Origin: Actinomycetales bacterium
GTDB lineage: Bacteria > Actinomycetota > Actinomycetes > Actinomycetales > CAVURS01
DNA length: 64,000 nt
Direction of reading: 5' to 3'
Assembly: GCA_045807245.1 (NCBI GenBank)
Contig: JBJMHS010000008.1
Location: 1-64,000, forward strand
Part shown: one piece after another, positions 27,832-39,270 of the stretch
Numbering within the stretch: the stretch's first letter is position 1
Layout of the letters: each line of letters starts with the position of its first letter
The notes under the pieces: model-generated
What the model saw: only the letters and a program-made list of their open reading frames with translations
Told to the model about the DNA's origin: nothing
The model's database searches: none
Position numbers and translations under genes: made by a program

Positions 27832-30800
27832 ATGCGGATGTGGCCTCGACTTTCCTTAGTTGCAACCGTGGCCGCCGCGGTCACCGTGTCGGCTCTCTTG
27901 ACGGGAATACCCGCCCAGGCGCGGACCCAGTCAACTGCCAGTCCCGGCCGAGCGACATGGAAGACGCCGGTCCTGAAGCAATCAGCTCAGCCTGTCGCCG
28001 CCGCGCAGGCAACCCCTGAGGCTCCGATAGAGCTGCCCGAACGGCGAACGGAACGCTCGGACACCTTTGATCTCGGAAACGGCACGTACCAAACCAAGTC
28101 ATACGCCGGCCCCATCAACTACAAAGTGGGCGACGCCTGGCAACCAATCGACAACGCCATGGTCCCGGTGGCCGGCGGCTGGCAGAACGTCGCCGGCCCG
28201 TACAAGCTGTTCGCGCCCTCCGACGCTTCCGTGCCAGTGACGCTGGCTCAGGGCGACGCGTCCATCTCGATGCAGTTGGTCGGTGGAACAGGCGACGGTC
28301 AAGCCAACGGCCCGGCCGTCTCCTACGCTGACGCTCTTCCTGGTGTGACAGTGCGCTATGCCTCGAACGGCGTGGGGGTGGAGCAAACCGCGACGCTCAC
28401 CTCTCGCCTGGCGCAGGGCACCCTGCCGTTCGTCGTGAACCTGAGCCAGGGACTCACCCTTCGAGCGGCCGCCGCGAGCGGAGGTCTTGAGGTCACCGAC
28501 GTCGGCGGCAACGTCGTTATGACGGTGCCGGCGCCCGATGCTGTGGACGCCGCGGGGAGGGAGGGCCGGGCCAGTCTCAGTCTCGACGTCCAGGCTGACG
28601 GCTCCGCCGTAGTGAGCGTGATTGTCGATGCCAAGTGGCTGGCAGATCCCGCTCGGGCGTTCCCAATCACGGTTGACCCATCGGTCAACTTGGCCGCGAC
28701 CAAGGACTGTCACATCGTCAGTGGCATCAACGCCAACAACAACTTCTGCGGCCAGATCCTCGAAATCGGCTTCTTCTCCAGTACAGGCATCCGCCGGGCG
28801 ATGCTGCAGTTTGACCTGACTTCGGTGCCGTCGTACAGCCGCGTCTTTGACGCCGACCTCCAGATGCACCGCGACACTGGCTTCAGTACCAACTCGATGG
28901 TCGTCGACGCCAAGATGTTGAGTGCCCAGACCTGGACCAGCGCCACCACGTGGAACAAGTACGACGGGGTCACTGCCTGGACGCACGCTGGCGGAAACTG
29001 CTTCTGGGACGACAAGAACACCAACCGGGATTGCGGTACGCAGAGCTCATCGACCGGGTCGAAAGTCTTTGCCTCAGTCACCGATGCTGGTACGAGCGCG
29101 ACCACGAACTATGACATCGCCCGCATGGCCCAACGCTGGGTGAACGCCCCGAACATGAACGACGGTGTCATGCTCAAGCCACACACCGAGACGACGTCCG
29201 GAACGCTGCGCTACTACAACGCCGCCTCGACGCTCGGCACGCCGCCACAGCTCACCGTCACCTACGGCGTGCCATCCGGCGCGCACCATTCCGACACGAC
29301 AGTCGACCGAACCCTCAATGACCGCACGACGCTGCACGCCAACGTGGTGACGGGCAACCTGCTCATCCAAGCCGCCGACGTCCACATCACCGGCGTCGGC
29401 ATCGACTACAACCTGCCGCATGTGTACAACTCGAAAGGCTTCACCGGCGTCTTCGGGCCGGGTTGGACCGGTGGACCGCTGGACGAACGGCTCGACGTCT
29501 ACACGGACAGTTTGGGCAATCAACAGGCCGTGGCCTTCACCGACCAGAGCGGCTATAAGTCCGCTTTCCTCAAGGTCAACTCCACCGGCTTCGTCACCGA
29601 CTGCGCCTCCGGCCCTGACTCTTCGTCCTGGTGTCCGCCGCCGGGCCTTGATGCAACGCTGGCCAACCCCAGCGGGAACACTTGGACGCTGACCTACCAC
29701 CAGAGCGGCGAGAAGCTGACGTTCACCATTCCCACTAACCAGAGCAGTCTGCTGCTAACCAGCGATGAGGATCGCAACGGCAACAAATTGAGCTACAACT
29801 GGACGTTCAACACCAGCGCTGTGCCGACGCAGGTCACCGTGAGCAACTCCTGGGACGTGAGCACAAACAAGGTGACCGTGACCTTCAGCAGCGGCCTGGT
29901 CGACCACATCACGGATTGGGCCTCCAGGACTTGGCAGTACGCGTACACCTCCGGCCTGCTGACCTCCTACACCGACCCCAACAGCAAGGTCAGCCACTAC
30001 GTCTACGATGCCAGCAACAACCTCCAGGAGATCGACACCCCCGGCACCACGACGCTCACGTCGATCGCCACGTCGGGCAAGATCCAATCCTTCCAGCAGG
30101 TCGTGAGCACTGGACCCATCACCGGTCCCACCACCACGTTCACGATCCCTGCCCCTGACGCGGACGGCAAAGGCACAACCACTGTCTCGGATCCGGAATC
30201 GCACAACACGACCTACGCCTGGAGAGCGATCGGCAAAGTCGACGATGTCACCGACGCGGACGGAAATGACCGCTCTAACACCTGGAGCGAAGATGACCAG
30301 ATTGCCAAGGTCACTGCCGCACAGTCTGGAGGAGGCACGGCCTCTGACGCCGGTACGTTCAACTGGAACCCGGCCATCGGCAACGGCAACCTCAACAGCT
30401 ACGTTTCCCCAGATGGCGCACAAACGAGTTTCAGCTACGGGACGGGTGCGGCCGAGTACCAGCCGTCCAGCACGTTGAACGCGCTAGGCAACACAATGAG
30501 CTACGCATACGACGCCAACCGCAACCTGTTCACGTCCAAGACCGTCGCCAGTGGCAGTGGCCCGACCTGGACCGAGAACCACCAAAACGCAGCGCGGACG
30601 ACTTGCACGAACGCCTTCCCCGGTCAGCTGTGCTCCACCACGGACGCCAAAGGCAACTCGACCAGCTACAGCTACGACAGCACCGGCAAGATCACCGGCA
30701 TCACCTACCCAAGTCCGCTTGGCGCCTGGACCGTGGTCCAAGACGCGCTCTACCGCAACTCGGCCGTCACCGATGGGCTGAGCCAGAAGCGCACCTTCAT

Positions 30801-32508
30801 CTACGACCCGATCGACCGCATCGACAAGCTTGAGCTCAACGGCGCAACGGGTTGCACCCCGTCAACCGGCAAGTGCGTCGACTACGGCTACGACGCCGAC
30901 GGCAACCAGATATCGATCCAGGACGCCAACGGCACCACGACGCTCTCCTACGACCCGCTCAACCGGCTGAAGAACCAGACCCAAGGCATCGACGGATCCA
31001 AGGCCGACTACACCTACTACGACGACAGCACCCTGCACACCGTCACCGACACCGCCTTCACCCAGACGTACACGGTGACCTACACCTACGACAACGCCAA
31101 CAACCTCACCAAGGTCCACGACGTCGGCGGCGACATCACCATCGGACTTTCCACCGACGGCCACGAAAACCGCTCGACAATCGCCTACCCCAACGGCGTG
31201 ACCGTCGCACTCAACCCAGGCCTGGGCGGGCAACCACACGAGATCAAGACCACCGGCGCATCAACCAACTTCGACACTAAGTACTGCTACTACTTCGACA
31301 GTTCCACTAACGCCCCCGCTTGCACGCCGAACCTGAATACCACCCACAAGGGCACCCTGCTGCAGTCCCAAGACGTCACGGCATCCACCACAACCAACTA
31401 CGTCTACACACTGCCGACCTCGACGACGACCGCCAGCGGGCAACTTTGCATGGTCTACAACGGCACCTACTCCGGCTCCAACACCTGCACCACGACGGGC
31501 CTCAGCAACGAATACCGATACGCCTATGACCTCAACGGCAACATGACCAGCGCCGCCACACCGTCGGCTTCCACGTTCTACGGCTACAACAACGCCAACG
31601 AGCTCTGCCGATCCGACACGGCAACGGTCAGCAGCTGCACCGGAACCGGCACCACATACTCCTACGACGGTGTCGGCAATCTCACCGGCTCAACACCCGC
31701 AGGGTGGTCAGCGACCTTCAACACCAACAACGACGTCCAGACCAAGACCGCGGCCACGCCAACCGACTCCATCTCGAGCATGCAGTACATCGGCGCCACC
31801 CAGGATCAGCGGGTCACGGCCGGCTCGCACAACTACCTCAACGGTGCCAACCTGGGAGGCGTGCCAACCATCGACGCTGATCAAAACACGGCCGGCACCA
31901 CGGAGTTCTTCACCCGCACCCCAGACGGAATCCTTCTCGCGGAAGACGTATCGGGCGGCAGCGGAACGGGGCACTTCTACTACACACTCGACAACCTCAA
32001 CTCCATCCGCCAGGTCACCAACTCCAGCGGCACAGTCACGGCCACCTACACCTACGACCCGTACGGCAACACCACCAGCGCCGCCCCGCCTTCGACCGTC
32101 CACAACCCTTATGGATACGCCTCCGGCTACGTCGACAAGACCGGTCTTATCAAGTTCGGCGCTCGCTACTACGCACCGTCACTGCAGCGCTGGACCCAGC
32201 AGGATCCGATGTCCGGCCTCTCGTCCGCACCTCTGACTCGGAACCGCTACCTATACGCGAGCGGTGACCCGGTAGATAGGACCGACGCGACTGGCGCGAC
32301 GAGCGTACTAGGTGCCTTCGGTGCCATCGGGGCGGTATTGGCGGCTTCCGGCCTCTACGACGTGGCAGCCGAAGCTCTGGTTTATGCGAGCGCTTCGTTC
32401 ATAGCGGGTGCCACGGCAGCGGGTGTCGGACTCGCGATTCTGGGTGGCGTTCTGCTGGTCGCTACCGTAGGACTGCTCGTGCTCGGATTCTATCTGGCCT
32501 ACTACTGA
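27832..32508 (+). CDS. rhs: Secreted Rhs/YD-repeat polymorphic toxin (DNRLRE-like and DUF6531-like regions)
   Basis: Signal peptide (...IPAQA); YD repeats; NPYGYASGY...KFGARYYAPSLQRWTQQDP...YLYASGDPVDRTDATG core; 70-aa hydrophobic tip. Confidence 0.93.
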   Translation: MRMWPRLSLVATVAAAVTVSALLTGIPAQARTQSTASPGRATWKTPVLKQSAQPVAAAQATPEAPIELPERRTERSDTFDLGNGTYQTKSYAGPINYKVGDAWQPIDNAMVPVAGGWQNVAGPYKLFAPSDASVPVTLAQGDASISMQLVGGTGDGQANGPAVSYADALPGVTVRYASNGVGVEQTATLTSRLAQGTLPFVVNLSQGLTLRAAAASGGLEVTDVGGNVVMTVPAPDAVDAAGREGRASLSLDVQADGSAVVSVIVDAKWLADPARAFPITVDPSVNLAATKDCHIVSGINANNNFCGQILEIGFFSSTGIRRAMLQFDLTSVPSYSRVFDADLQMHRDTGFSTNSMVVDAKMLSAQTWTSATTWNKYDGVTAWTHAGGNCFWDDKNTNRDCGTQSSSTGSKVFASVTDAGTSATTNYDIARMAQRWVNAPNMNDGVMLKPHTETTSGTLRYYNAASTLGTPPQLTVTYGVPSGAHHSDTTVDRTLNDRTTLHANVVTGNLLIQAADVHITGVGIDYNLPHVYNSKGFTGVFGPGWTGGPLDERLDVYTDSLGNQQAVAFTDQSGYKSAFLKVNSTGFVTDCASGPDSSSWCPPPGLDATLANPSGNTWTLTYHQSGEKLTFTIPTNQSSLLLTSDEDRNGNKLSYNWTFNTSAVPTQVTVSNSWDVSTNKVTVTFSSGLVDHITDWASRTWQYAYTSGLLTSYTDPNSKVSHYVYDASNNLQEIDTPGTTTLTSIATSGKIQSFQQVVSTGPITGPTTTFTIPAPDADGKGTTTVSDPESHNTTYAWRAIGKVDDVTDADGNDRSNTWSEDDQIAKVTAAQSGGGTASDAGTFNWNPAIGNGNLNSYVSPDGAQTSFSYGTGAAEYQPSSTLNALGNTMSYAYDANRNLFTSKTVASGSGPTWTENHQNAARTTCTNAFPGQLCSTTDAKGNSTSYSYDSTGKITGITYPSPLGAWTVVQDALYRNSAVTDGLSQKRTFIYDPIDRIDKLELNGATGCTPSTGKCVDYGYDADGNQISIQDANGTTTLSYDPLNRLKNQTQGIDGSKADYTYYDDSTLHTVTDTAFTQTYTVTYTYDNANNLTKVHDVGGDITIGLSTDGHENRSTIAYPNGVTVALNPGLGGQPHEIKTTGASTNFDTKYCYYFDSSTNAPACTPNLNTTHKGTLLQSQDVTASTTTNYVYTLPTSTTTASGQLCMVYNGTYSGSNTCTTTGLSNEYRYAYDLNGNMTSAATPSASTFYGYNNANELCRSDTATVSSCTGTGTTYSYDGVGNLTGSTPAGWSATFNTNNDVQTKTAATPTDSISSMQYIGATQDQRVTAGSHNYLNGANLGGVPTIDADQNTAGTTEFFTRTPDGILLAEDVSGGSGTGHFYYTLDNLNSIRQVTNSSGTVTATYTYDPYGNTTSAAPPSTVHNPYGYASGYVDKTGLIKFGARYYAPSLQRWTQQDPMSGLSSAPLTRNRYLYASGDPVDRTDATGATSVLGAFGAIGAVLAASGLYDVAAEALVYASASFIAGATAAGVGLAILGGVLLVATVGLLVLGFYLAYY

Positions 32509-32520
32509 GGGGTAGTAAGC

Positions 32521-32760
32521 ATGAACGCTGTCAAGCGTATGTCTCGTCGCCGTGCGAATATTACCGTGACTGCCATTGTCGTGGGAGTATTCATTGTATT
32601 CTTCGCTCTGGGGGTCGGGGTCGGTGTCGCGCGTCATTCCTTCCTCGCTGGTATCGTTTCGGTCCTCATTGGGTGCCTACTGGCACTCGTAATCGTCGTG
32701 CCCGTTACCATAAAATTGATGCAAAGGTCGCCCGGCGTATCCCCAACGAAGGAGGGGTAG
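32521..32760 (+). CDS. Small cationic 2-TM protein, candidate Rhs immunity
   Basis: GAGGGG RBS, 12 bp after the Rhs stop, two hydrophobic helices. Confidence 0.7.
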   Translation: MNAVKRMSRRRANITVTAIVVGVFIVFFALGVGVGVARHSFLAGIVSVLIGCLLALVIVVPVTIKLMQRSPGVSPTKEG

Positions 32761-33263
32761 GGGGCGCGAACAGTTAAGAACCGACATTAGCGCCCAGAGC
32801 GTGGACAACGGCGCACTCCTAGCGGAGGGTGAACCTATTCTCCTGTGTGTATGCGTCTGCGGCTTGGTACCTATCCGCTCACCACAGCCGTCAGGTCGCC
32901 CAGGAGTCCGGTGCGCGCGGCTCCGGATCCCTCACGCAAGACGAAAGCGAGCCAGGACCGCAGCATTCGACCGGATGAGTCCCGACTAATCCGAGTCACA
33001 GAACATGGCGAAGCAGGCAGCGCACTGGAAGGTGCCTTCGAGTTCCGAGGCAGGCGGCTGCATCTCGTATGACTCGCAGTGCGCGCACTCCATCAAGGAG
33101 TGCACCCCTGCCATAGTCGGTGCGGATGATCGTCGTTGCAGCGACGCTACGCACATCGGCGGCCGGGTGTCAGGCCGACGGACCGACGGCTGCGCCGGGG
33201 CGTAGACCTGGACGGCGTGGTCTCCGCGCGCGAAGACTTCACTCAGCCTGACTGTTTTATTGA

Positions 33264-33480
33264 TCACCAGTTGGGCGGTGTCCGCATCTGACGCCGGAGG
33301 TCGTACACGGCCCTGCCGACGGCCAACAGCAGCCCGGCGATCCAGATAGGCATTATGGCCGCTAGTAGACCCGCGGCCCCCCAGGCGAGTCGCTCGCCGG
33401 GCGTGTCGCGACCGACGATCACTCCTACCCGAACCCGAGGACGAGGACTGCGCCGTAGATCATGAGTACGCGCATCTGGA
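33264..33480 (-). pseudogene. Frameshifted small membrane protein
   Basis: MRVLMIYGAVLVLGFG continues after a 1-nt shift in a G run (~33428) as VGVIVG...LAWGAAGLLAAIMPIWIAGLLLAV. Confidence 0.45.
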
Positions 33481-34074
33481 CCCGGTGATGCCGTCGAGGT
33501 CGTCCGGAATTGCGCGGCCAGGTCTTCGGCCGGCCCGCGGCGCGGCTGATAGTGCAGGTGCACCATCTCGTCCGGCTGCAGGGTGTAGATGGTGCGGGCG
33601 CGCCCTCACCGATCGGCCCCGGAGCCGAGCGGCTTGCTCGGATCCCAGGTCCAGGCTCGATCGCCGACTCGGAGGTCGTAGGGGCCGCCCTCTCTCTTGC
33701 GCAGCTCCTTGATTCCGACGTGGCGCGCCTGCCGACCCTTGCCGCATCGCGGGGATGAATTGTGACACGAAGAGCAACAGCGCGACGACGGTCTCCACGC
33801 CGATGAGTTTCAGGGCGGCATGACCGGAGAGTCGCACAGCGCCCGTTGAGGCGCTCGCTCAGCACCTGTAAGCGCGTACATGGCGGGACGCGTCCCGTAG
33901 CTTGATCCTTGGCATGGTGATGGCCTCACCGCCCGGCAGGCGCAGGTGGACTCCTGCGATGCAGGGCGCAACGAGATGCGGAACTCATCCGGCCGGCGGG
34001 GACGAGCGTCATTGCCGTGGACGGGGCGGCGGCGGATTGTTCCGACCTCATAGCTCAAGGGGATCGGAGCGCAT

Positions 34075-34380
34075 GTGAGCGAGCAGGAGTCCACGTCGAC
34101 ATCGCGTGAAGAGCCTGACGAGCTTGCCGACCAGGCCGGAACTCAGCCGCCCAGCGTCGACACCGATGGGCCAGCTGACCCGGAGATCCGCGAGAACGTC
34201 GTCCAGCGACTGTTGAAGGGCTTCCACGAGAAAGGGTCCGGGGCGGCGATAGGTGACTTCATCGCGGTCGAGTTCGCCCACGACCCGCCGACCGAAGCAG
34301 AGCACGCGGAGGCTCATCGCCGGTACGTCGATGAGTTGGCCGAGAAAGGGATGGCCGAGCTAGGCGAGCCCGAAGAGTGA
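34075..34380 (+). CDS. Small acidic hypothetical protein
   Basis: GGAG RBS, high GC3, coherent ORF. Confidence 0.55.
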   Translation: MSEQESTSTSREEPDELADQAGTQPPSVDTDGPADPEIRENVVQRLLKGFHEKGSGAAIGDFIAVEFAHDPPTEAEHAEAHRRYVDELAEKGMAELGEPEE

Positions 34381-34475
34381 GCCAGTCTCCTGCCAGTTCC
34401 GACGAGCAGCTATCTCATTGGTAGCCCGACCTCCAACTGGCGAGGCCGTCGCGGGTAGCTGGAGACTTAGCAGTA

Positions 34476-34925
34476 ATGACAACGCAGCCGGTCGATCCCA
34501 TTTCCGGGCGCCTGCTCTGGGCCATGTACGCGTCAGGGTCGTTCGTCCTCCTGTCCCTGGTCCTGATGGCGGCCATGGTGGGCACAGGATGGTCCTGGCC
34601 GATCTTCGGGATCGGTATCGCCGTTGCCGCGGCGACGTTGGCTCTCAACCACCTCATGCTGCACTTCGCCCGGCGACGCATGCTGGCGCGCTGGCACTTG
34701 TCCCAGGAAAGACACACAAGGGTGAGAGAGGAGATCCGCAGGCGTCAGCGGATCTATCCGGTGATCTTCACCATGTTGGTCGGGATCGCGATCCTGAGCG
34801 CGGCCCTTGAGACCTTCTGGCTGATCGGTCTGGCAGCGCTCGTCGTCGTGCTCGTGGTGGTCGTGTTGCCTTTGGCGCTGCTTCCGTTGATCATGCGGCG
34901 CAGCGAGCGTCGCATGTTTGAGTGA
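34476..34925 (+). CDS. 4-TM membrane protein
   Basis: Hydrophobic helices; C-terminal half paralogous to 40975-41238. Confidence 0.72.
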   Translation: MTTQPVDPISGRLLWAMYASGSFVLLSLVLMAAMVGTGWSWPIFGIGIAVAAATLALNHLMLHFARRRMLARWHLSQERHTRVREEIRRRQRIYPVIFTMLVGIAILSAALETFWLIGLAALVVVLVVVVLPLALLPLIMRRSERRMFE

Positions 34926-35148
34926 CATTGCTACGGCTGCCTTCCGCGGCTCAAGTCCCGCCAGAGCTTGAACAGAAGAACACCGGCCACAATCAGAGGA
35001 AGCCAACTGACCTCAACCAGGACGGCTCCGGCCGTGCGGTCATGCGCTGCCAGGAGTATGTGTCCGGCCAGCTCGCAGGCTATCCACAAGCTCGCCCAGC
35101 CGCAGGCCACGTAAGGCGGCGCAGCCAAGGGCTCGGTTGACCCACGGA

Positions 35149-35346
35149 CTAGTCCTCCTTGCGTTCCCGACCGCGGTCAGGATCCCAAACCGACTTCGGG
35201 AGCCAGGACTGTTTGAGGTCGTAGTCGCCGCGCGCGATCTCGTCCTTCATGCCTCTGCTCGCCCGGTAGAAGATGGCAAGGTAGCCGGCGAGGACGGCCA
35301 GCCCGACCACGGCGACGATCAGCGCTAGGACGAGGTTGTGGTGCAC
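35149..35346 (-). CDS. Small single-TM protein (leaderless)
   Basis: TACGTT -10 six nt before GTG; TM helix then YRASRGMK. Confidence 0.6.
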   Translation of the reverse strand: MHHNLVLALIVAVVGLAVLAGYLAIFYRASRGMKDEIARGDYDLKQSWLPKSVWDPDRGRERKED

Positions 35347-35386
35347 GGGACCAACGTAGGTCGACCCTGCTGGGCTAGCACGTCAA

Positions 35387-35614
35387 GTGCCCGACGACGA
35401 TGCTGTAGTCGTGACCCCGGAGCAGCAGGCGAACGCATGGATAGCGGCCGTTCAGGAGCGGGCCATGACCCGCGTCCGAGCTGAGTCGATCGCTGACGGC
35501 ATCCTGTTCAGCCAGGCGCAGCTTGAGTGCATGGAGATCGGCGTGCTGGCTGGCGCGTGGGAGATGCTGGCGTGGCTGACCGATCGCCGCGACGACCGAG
35601 GTCGCCAAATCTAG
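35387..35614 (+). CDS. Small hypothetical protein
   Basis: Coherent ORF between other small genes. Confidence 0.45.
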   Translation: MPDDDAVVVTPEQQANAWIAAVQERAMTRVRAESIADGILFSQAQLECMEIGVLAGAWEMLAWLTDRRDDRGRQI

Positions 35615-35967
35615 GATGGCCGTATGGCGGGTGTGATCGGCTTCGTGATCTTCGGACGCTCACAGCGGGTATGTTCGTCGGGGGTCCGGACCTGGTCACG
35701 TCGTCGATCACGTCGAGTCACGCCCGGTCCGGGACAACACGACCCCCCGGGCCCCTCGGCCGAAATACCGTTGCTGTCGATCGACAGACACGTCCTTGGC
35801 CATTGTCCCCACCCAGGGGCCGTGATCACCTGGCCCGAATAGCGCACGCGGCTCAATGGGATAGGAGCGCTCGGCTCTTCCCGCAGACATATTGGGCGGA
35901 CGTGGGGCGTCTCGGATCGGCGCGTGGCAACACCTGACCGGGGCTGATCGCTTCTCCGAGAACTCTG

Positions 35968-37482
35968 CTAGGGCAAAGGTGCCGGTTGTAGCATCACGTA
36001 TTCGTATGTGGTGCCCGCATAGACGCCGGGGAAATTCGGGTCCTCACAGTAGACGAATGCGGTGACGTACTTTGGAACGAACGGGAATTGTAGGGCTTTG
36101 GTGTAGGGGGCCCAGTGTCCGGTGGCGTCACTGTCCACTTCGGTGGTCGGGCCGGTCAGGACCGTCATACGCGTACTGTCGTAGACGAGGAACGCAAAGT
36201 TCACCTTGGCCGGCTGGGGATAGGGGCACGGCTCGGAGGACATGACGGTGACGTTGCCGCTTTGGGGTCCTGTGGCCTGGTAGGTCACGGTGGCTGTTGC
36301 ACCGGCGCCGAGGATCAGATGCAACGTCTCGTAGACGCCGGTGTCGTTCAGGGATATGTCCCGGCAGTACACGGTGACGTCGGCGGTGCCACCTAGGGCG
36401 TTCGTCGTGTCCTCTGCAGTATTGAAGATGCTGGTCCACGTGTATGGAAGCCCCATACCTACGTGGGCACCTGGCGCCGCCTGCAGCGCCGGGGCGCCGT
36501 CAACCGATACGTAAGGGTAGGCGGCGTCCGAGCCCACCGGGCATGGGCGTGTCGTGGTGATCGTGATGTTCGACCCGACCAGCACGTGATCGCTGTTGAT
36601 GACCTCGATGGGGCCAAGTGTTGTCCCGGTCAGGGCGTCGGCCACGGCCGAAGCGGCGGAGGGAAGGGCCGGGTTGGTCGCCGTGTAGTCCGTCTGGTGC
36701 ACCTTGACGGCCGCCTTGATGCGCTTCACCACCATGCCGGCGGTCGCCCAGCTGAGGTAGTCAGCCGGTCTGAAGTCGCACACGATGTCGTTGCTGGCGC
36801 AGATCGACCACGTGGCGCCAGCGAATCGCGGCGGGATGTTGGTCGTGTTGTGAGTCAGGCCGGTGTGGTCCGATGGCGCGGTCCCCAGGTCGGCACCCGA
36901 GCCGTTCTGAACCTCGTCGGGGTCGGCGATCAGCACCGTCGCTGCGATCTGACCGGCGTAGGCGGGCGCAGTGGCTTGACCCGCGATGTCCTCGAGCGCC
37001 TCGTGCACGGCCATGGCGCCTTGGGAGTATCCGGACAGCACGAACTTGGTCTTGGTGCCGCAGCGGGCATTGATCGTCGACAGGGCGGCCTCGACTCCGG
37101 CAACGCCGTCCGCAACGCTCGCAACGTACCGGTCGACATGGTCTCGTTTGTAGTTGTCGTAGAAGCTGCCGACGTCCAGCAGATAACCGGCCGCCTGACT
37201 CACGGTGGGCACCAGGTCTGCGGATGCCTTGTCGGTGGTGTACGCCACGGCTTGGTGTCGCTCCGTCACGCGTGATGCCAGAGCGGTAAGCAGGGCGTTG
37301 TTGAACGCCGTCACGGGTGCTCCGAGACCAGTCAGCTCTCCGGATCCCGGGGCGCCGATCAGGTACACGTTGGGGCATGGCCCGGTCGCCGCGTCTGCGG
37401 GTGCGCTGACAGACAGCGCCGCGGCGGCCAGAGAAGCGCAGACGGTGGCAGCCAATGCGACTCGGACACGACTTCCGGCCAC
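35968..37482 (-). CDS. Secreted cutinase-family alpha/beta hydrolase with C-terminal beta-rich extension
   Basis: Signal peptide, C..VYLIGAPGSGE, GYSQGA nucleophile, ICASNDIVCD, VH..Y. Confidence 0.85.
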   Translation of the reverse strand: MAGSRVRVALAATVCASLAAAALSVSAPADAATGPCPNVYLIGAPGSGELTGLGAPVTAFNNALLTALASRVTERHQAVAYTTDKASADLVPTVSQAAGYLLDVGSFYDNYKRDHVDRYVASVADGVAGVEAALSTINARCGTKTKFVLSGYSQGAMAVHEALEDIAGQATAPAYAGQIAATVLIADPDEVQNGSGADLGTAPSDHTGLTHNTTNIPPRFAGATWSICASNDIVCDFRPADYLSWATAGMVVKRIKAAVKVHQTDYTATNPALPSAASAVADALTGTTLGPIEVINSDHVLVGSNITITTTRPCPVGSDAAYPYVSVDGAPALQAAPGAHVGMGLPYTWTSIFNTAEDTTNALGGTADVTVYCRDISLNDTGVYETLHLILGAGATATVTYQATGPQSGNVTVMSSEPCPYPQPAKVNFAFLVYDSTRMTVLTGPTTEVDSDATGHWAPYTKALQFPFVPKYVTAFVYCEDPNFPGVYAGTTYEYVMLQPAPLP

Positions 37483-38169
37483 GTCGAACCCCCTGCATGG
37501 AGACAGTTTCGCGCAGCGTAAATGCATCCGTCCGCGAGTGCGTGCGACTTTGCAATATCAAGTCCGGGCCGTCACGCTGAGTGGAGCCTTGCTCCGTTCC
37601 GGTGGGCTCTCGATCAAGGCTCACAAGTCACAATCGCCCGACCGCGCTGCAGCGCCAGTCGGCCGGAAGAAAGTTGACAGAGCCGCTGCCTCGGATACCT
37701 GAGAACCCAGACCTCGCCAGTTCAACGGGGTCGGCTGCACCGGTTGCCGGGACCGGCTTCGGCCGCGTAGACACACCGCCTGCCAGCCACGAGCATCAGG
37801 GGGTCATCGTCTTCGAGAGTCGGTGGGTTGCCATGTCGGCTGTGAACGCATCCTCGAAACGCACCACGTGGCGGACGCGAGCGGATGCCATGAGAACCGC
37901 CGCCGGACTTGCAGCTCGTCGAGCCGCCCGGCAAGCAACGACCGTTCCAGATCGTTGGCAACCAAGGCGAGCGCCTCGCAGTACGCGTCGGCGGCCTCGT
38001 CGGCCCGGCCGAACCCATGCGTGCATCCCCTAGGGTGCACGCCCTTCTGGCCGCAACGCGACGGGCTTGAATCGTGGCCGTTCAGAAAGGAACGACGGGA
38101 TTTGGTAGCCCCGCGAAACGCCTTTGGGCCAACGAACCTGGCTTCGCTGCGGCCCCGGACCTGGCCGGC

Positions 38170-38500
38170 AAGACCCGCCGCCGGCTCGCGGGGGTCGTCC
38201 TCGGGGCCGACCGGCCCGATCGACTCGCCTTCACCTTCGACGACCCCGACCGGGTGGACGACCCTACATTCGAGCCGAGCCTCGTTGACTTCGAGATCGA
38301 GGACGGCCACCGCATCGTGAAGCTCACCCTCACCCCAGACCCAACTGCCGAGCAGGGAGGCGCGGGAGGTCATCGGTGACGGCTGGCCGGCGGTGATCGC
38401 CAATCTCAAGTCGATGCTCGAGACCGGAGAGGTGCTGGCGCAGGCTCCGTGGGAGTTCCACGCGGACGAGCACGACGCACAGATGGCGAAGCACGCGAAC
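38170..38500 (+). pseudogene. SRPBCC/AHSA1-family fragment, frameshifted
   Basis: PDRLAFTF...SLVDFEIE...IVKLTLT, then in another frame GWPAVIANLKSMLETG; N-terminus missing. Confidence 0.65.
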
Positions 38501-38576
38501 AGAGGGGATGTCATCTACTCGCAGATGCATGCGGTTCACCAAACGGTGATCCAACCGGCGGCCTCCACGCGACAAT

Positions 38577-39143
38577 GTGGGGATGGAGTACTCCGACGAC
38601 CGCGGGCCTCGTGACTACCGACCACTTCTGCGACGACTTCCTCAGCGCGACTTCCGGGGACGCTGGAGGTCCTCCGTTATTCGAACACTTGCGAGCGCTG
38701 CTCTGGTCGCTGTCGCGCTGCCGTTCGCGGCCGCGGCGCCAGCGTTCGCGCAACGTTCCGATATCGAGCGAGGCACCGTTGAGGACACGTTCGACGACGA
38801 ACTGTACCTCGACCTCTGCGGCATCACGACGACAACGACGGTGACCGAGCGCTGGTCGCTGAAGACCTACCCGGACGGATCGCAGGTGTTCCACGACGTG
38901 CGCACCTTCCGGTCCGCTGACCCACGGTTGCCGGTCGAGAAGGGCGCGGCGACCGCGTTCTACGCCGCGGACGGATCCTGGCGCGTGGTGGGCAAGCCCA
39001 TCCAGCTGATCGCACCCGACGGCGGCACCGTGTTGCTCGACGCCGGCTGGATCTCGTTCGACGCCGACGGCGACGTGTCGACGGTCCGCGGCCCGCATCC
39101 CTCCGTGGGCGTCGACCTGTCCGACTACTACTGCCCGGAGTAG
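38577..39143 (+). CDS. Secreted hypothetical protein (start uncertain)
   Basis: LASAALVAVALPFAAAAPAFA signal-like segment; Cys pair. Confidence 0.65.
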   Translation: MGMEYSDDRGPRDYRPLLRRLPQRDFRGRWRSSVIRTLASAALVAVALPFAAAAPAFAQRSDIERGTVEDTFDDELYLDLCGITTTTTVTERWSLKTYPDGSQVFHDVRTFRSADPRLPVEKGAATAFYAADGSWRVVGKPIQLIAPDGGTVLLDAGWISFDADGDVSTVRGPHPSVGVDLSDYYCPE

Positions 39144-39270
39144 AAGGAGCACGGTGTCCGTTGAGGAGGCCGGATCGGTCATGCCTTCTGCAGCACTGCG
39201 CGAAGCACGGCGCGACTTGGGCTGACGCCCTGCAGGAGGGGGCGCCGTCAGCACTTGTGCCTGACGTCGA

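Noticed and set aside
8163..32508. T6SS or T7SS delivery of the Rhs proteins
   Set aside because: No PAAR, VgrG or WXG domain; both have Sec-like signal peptides
32986..33114. 42-aa CxxC...CxxC zinc-ribbon ORF
   Set aside because: Too short, with no clear RBS or -10, to support
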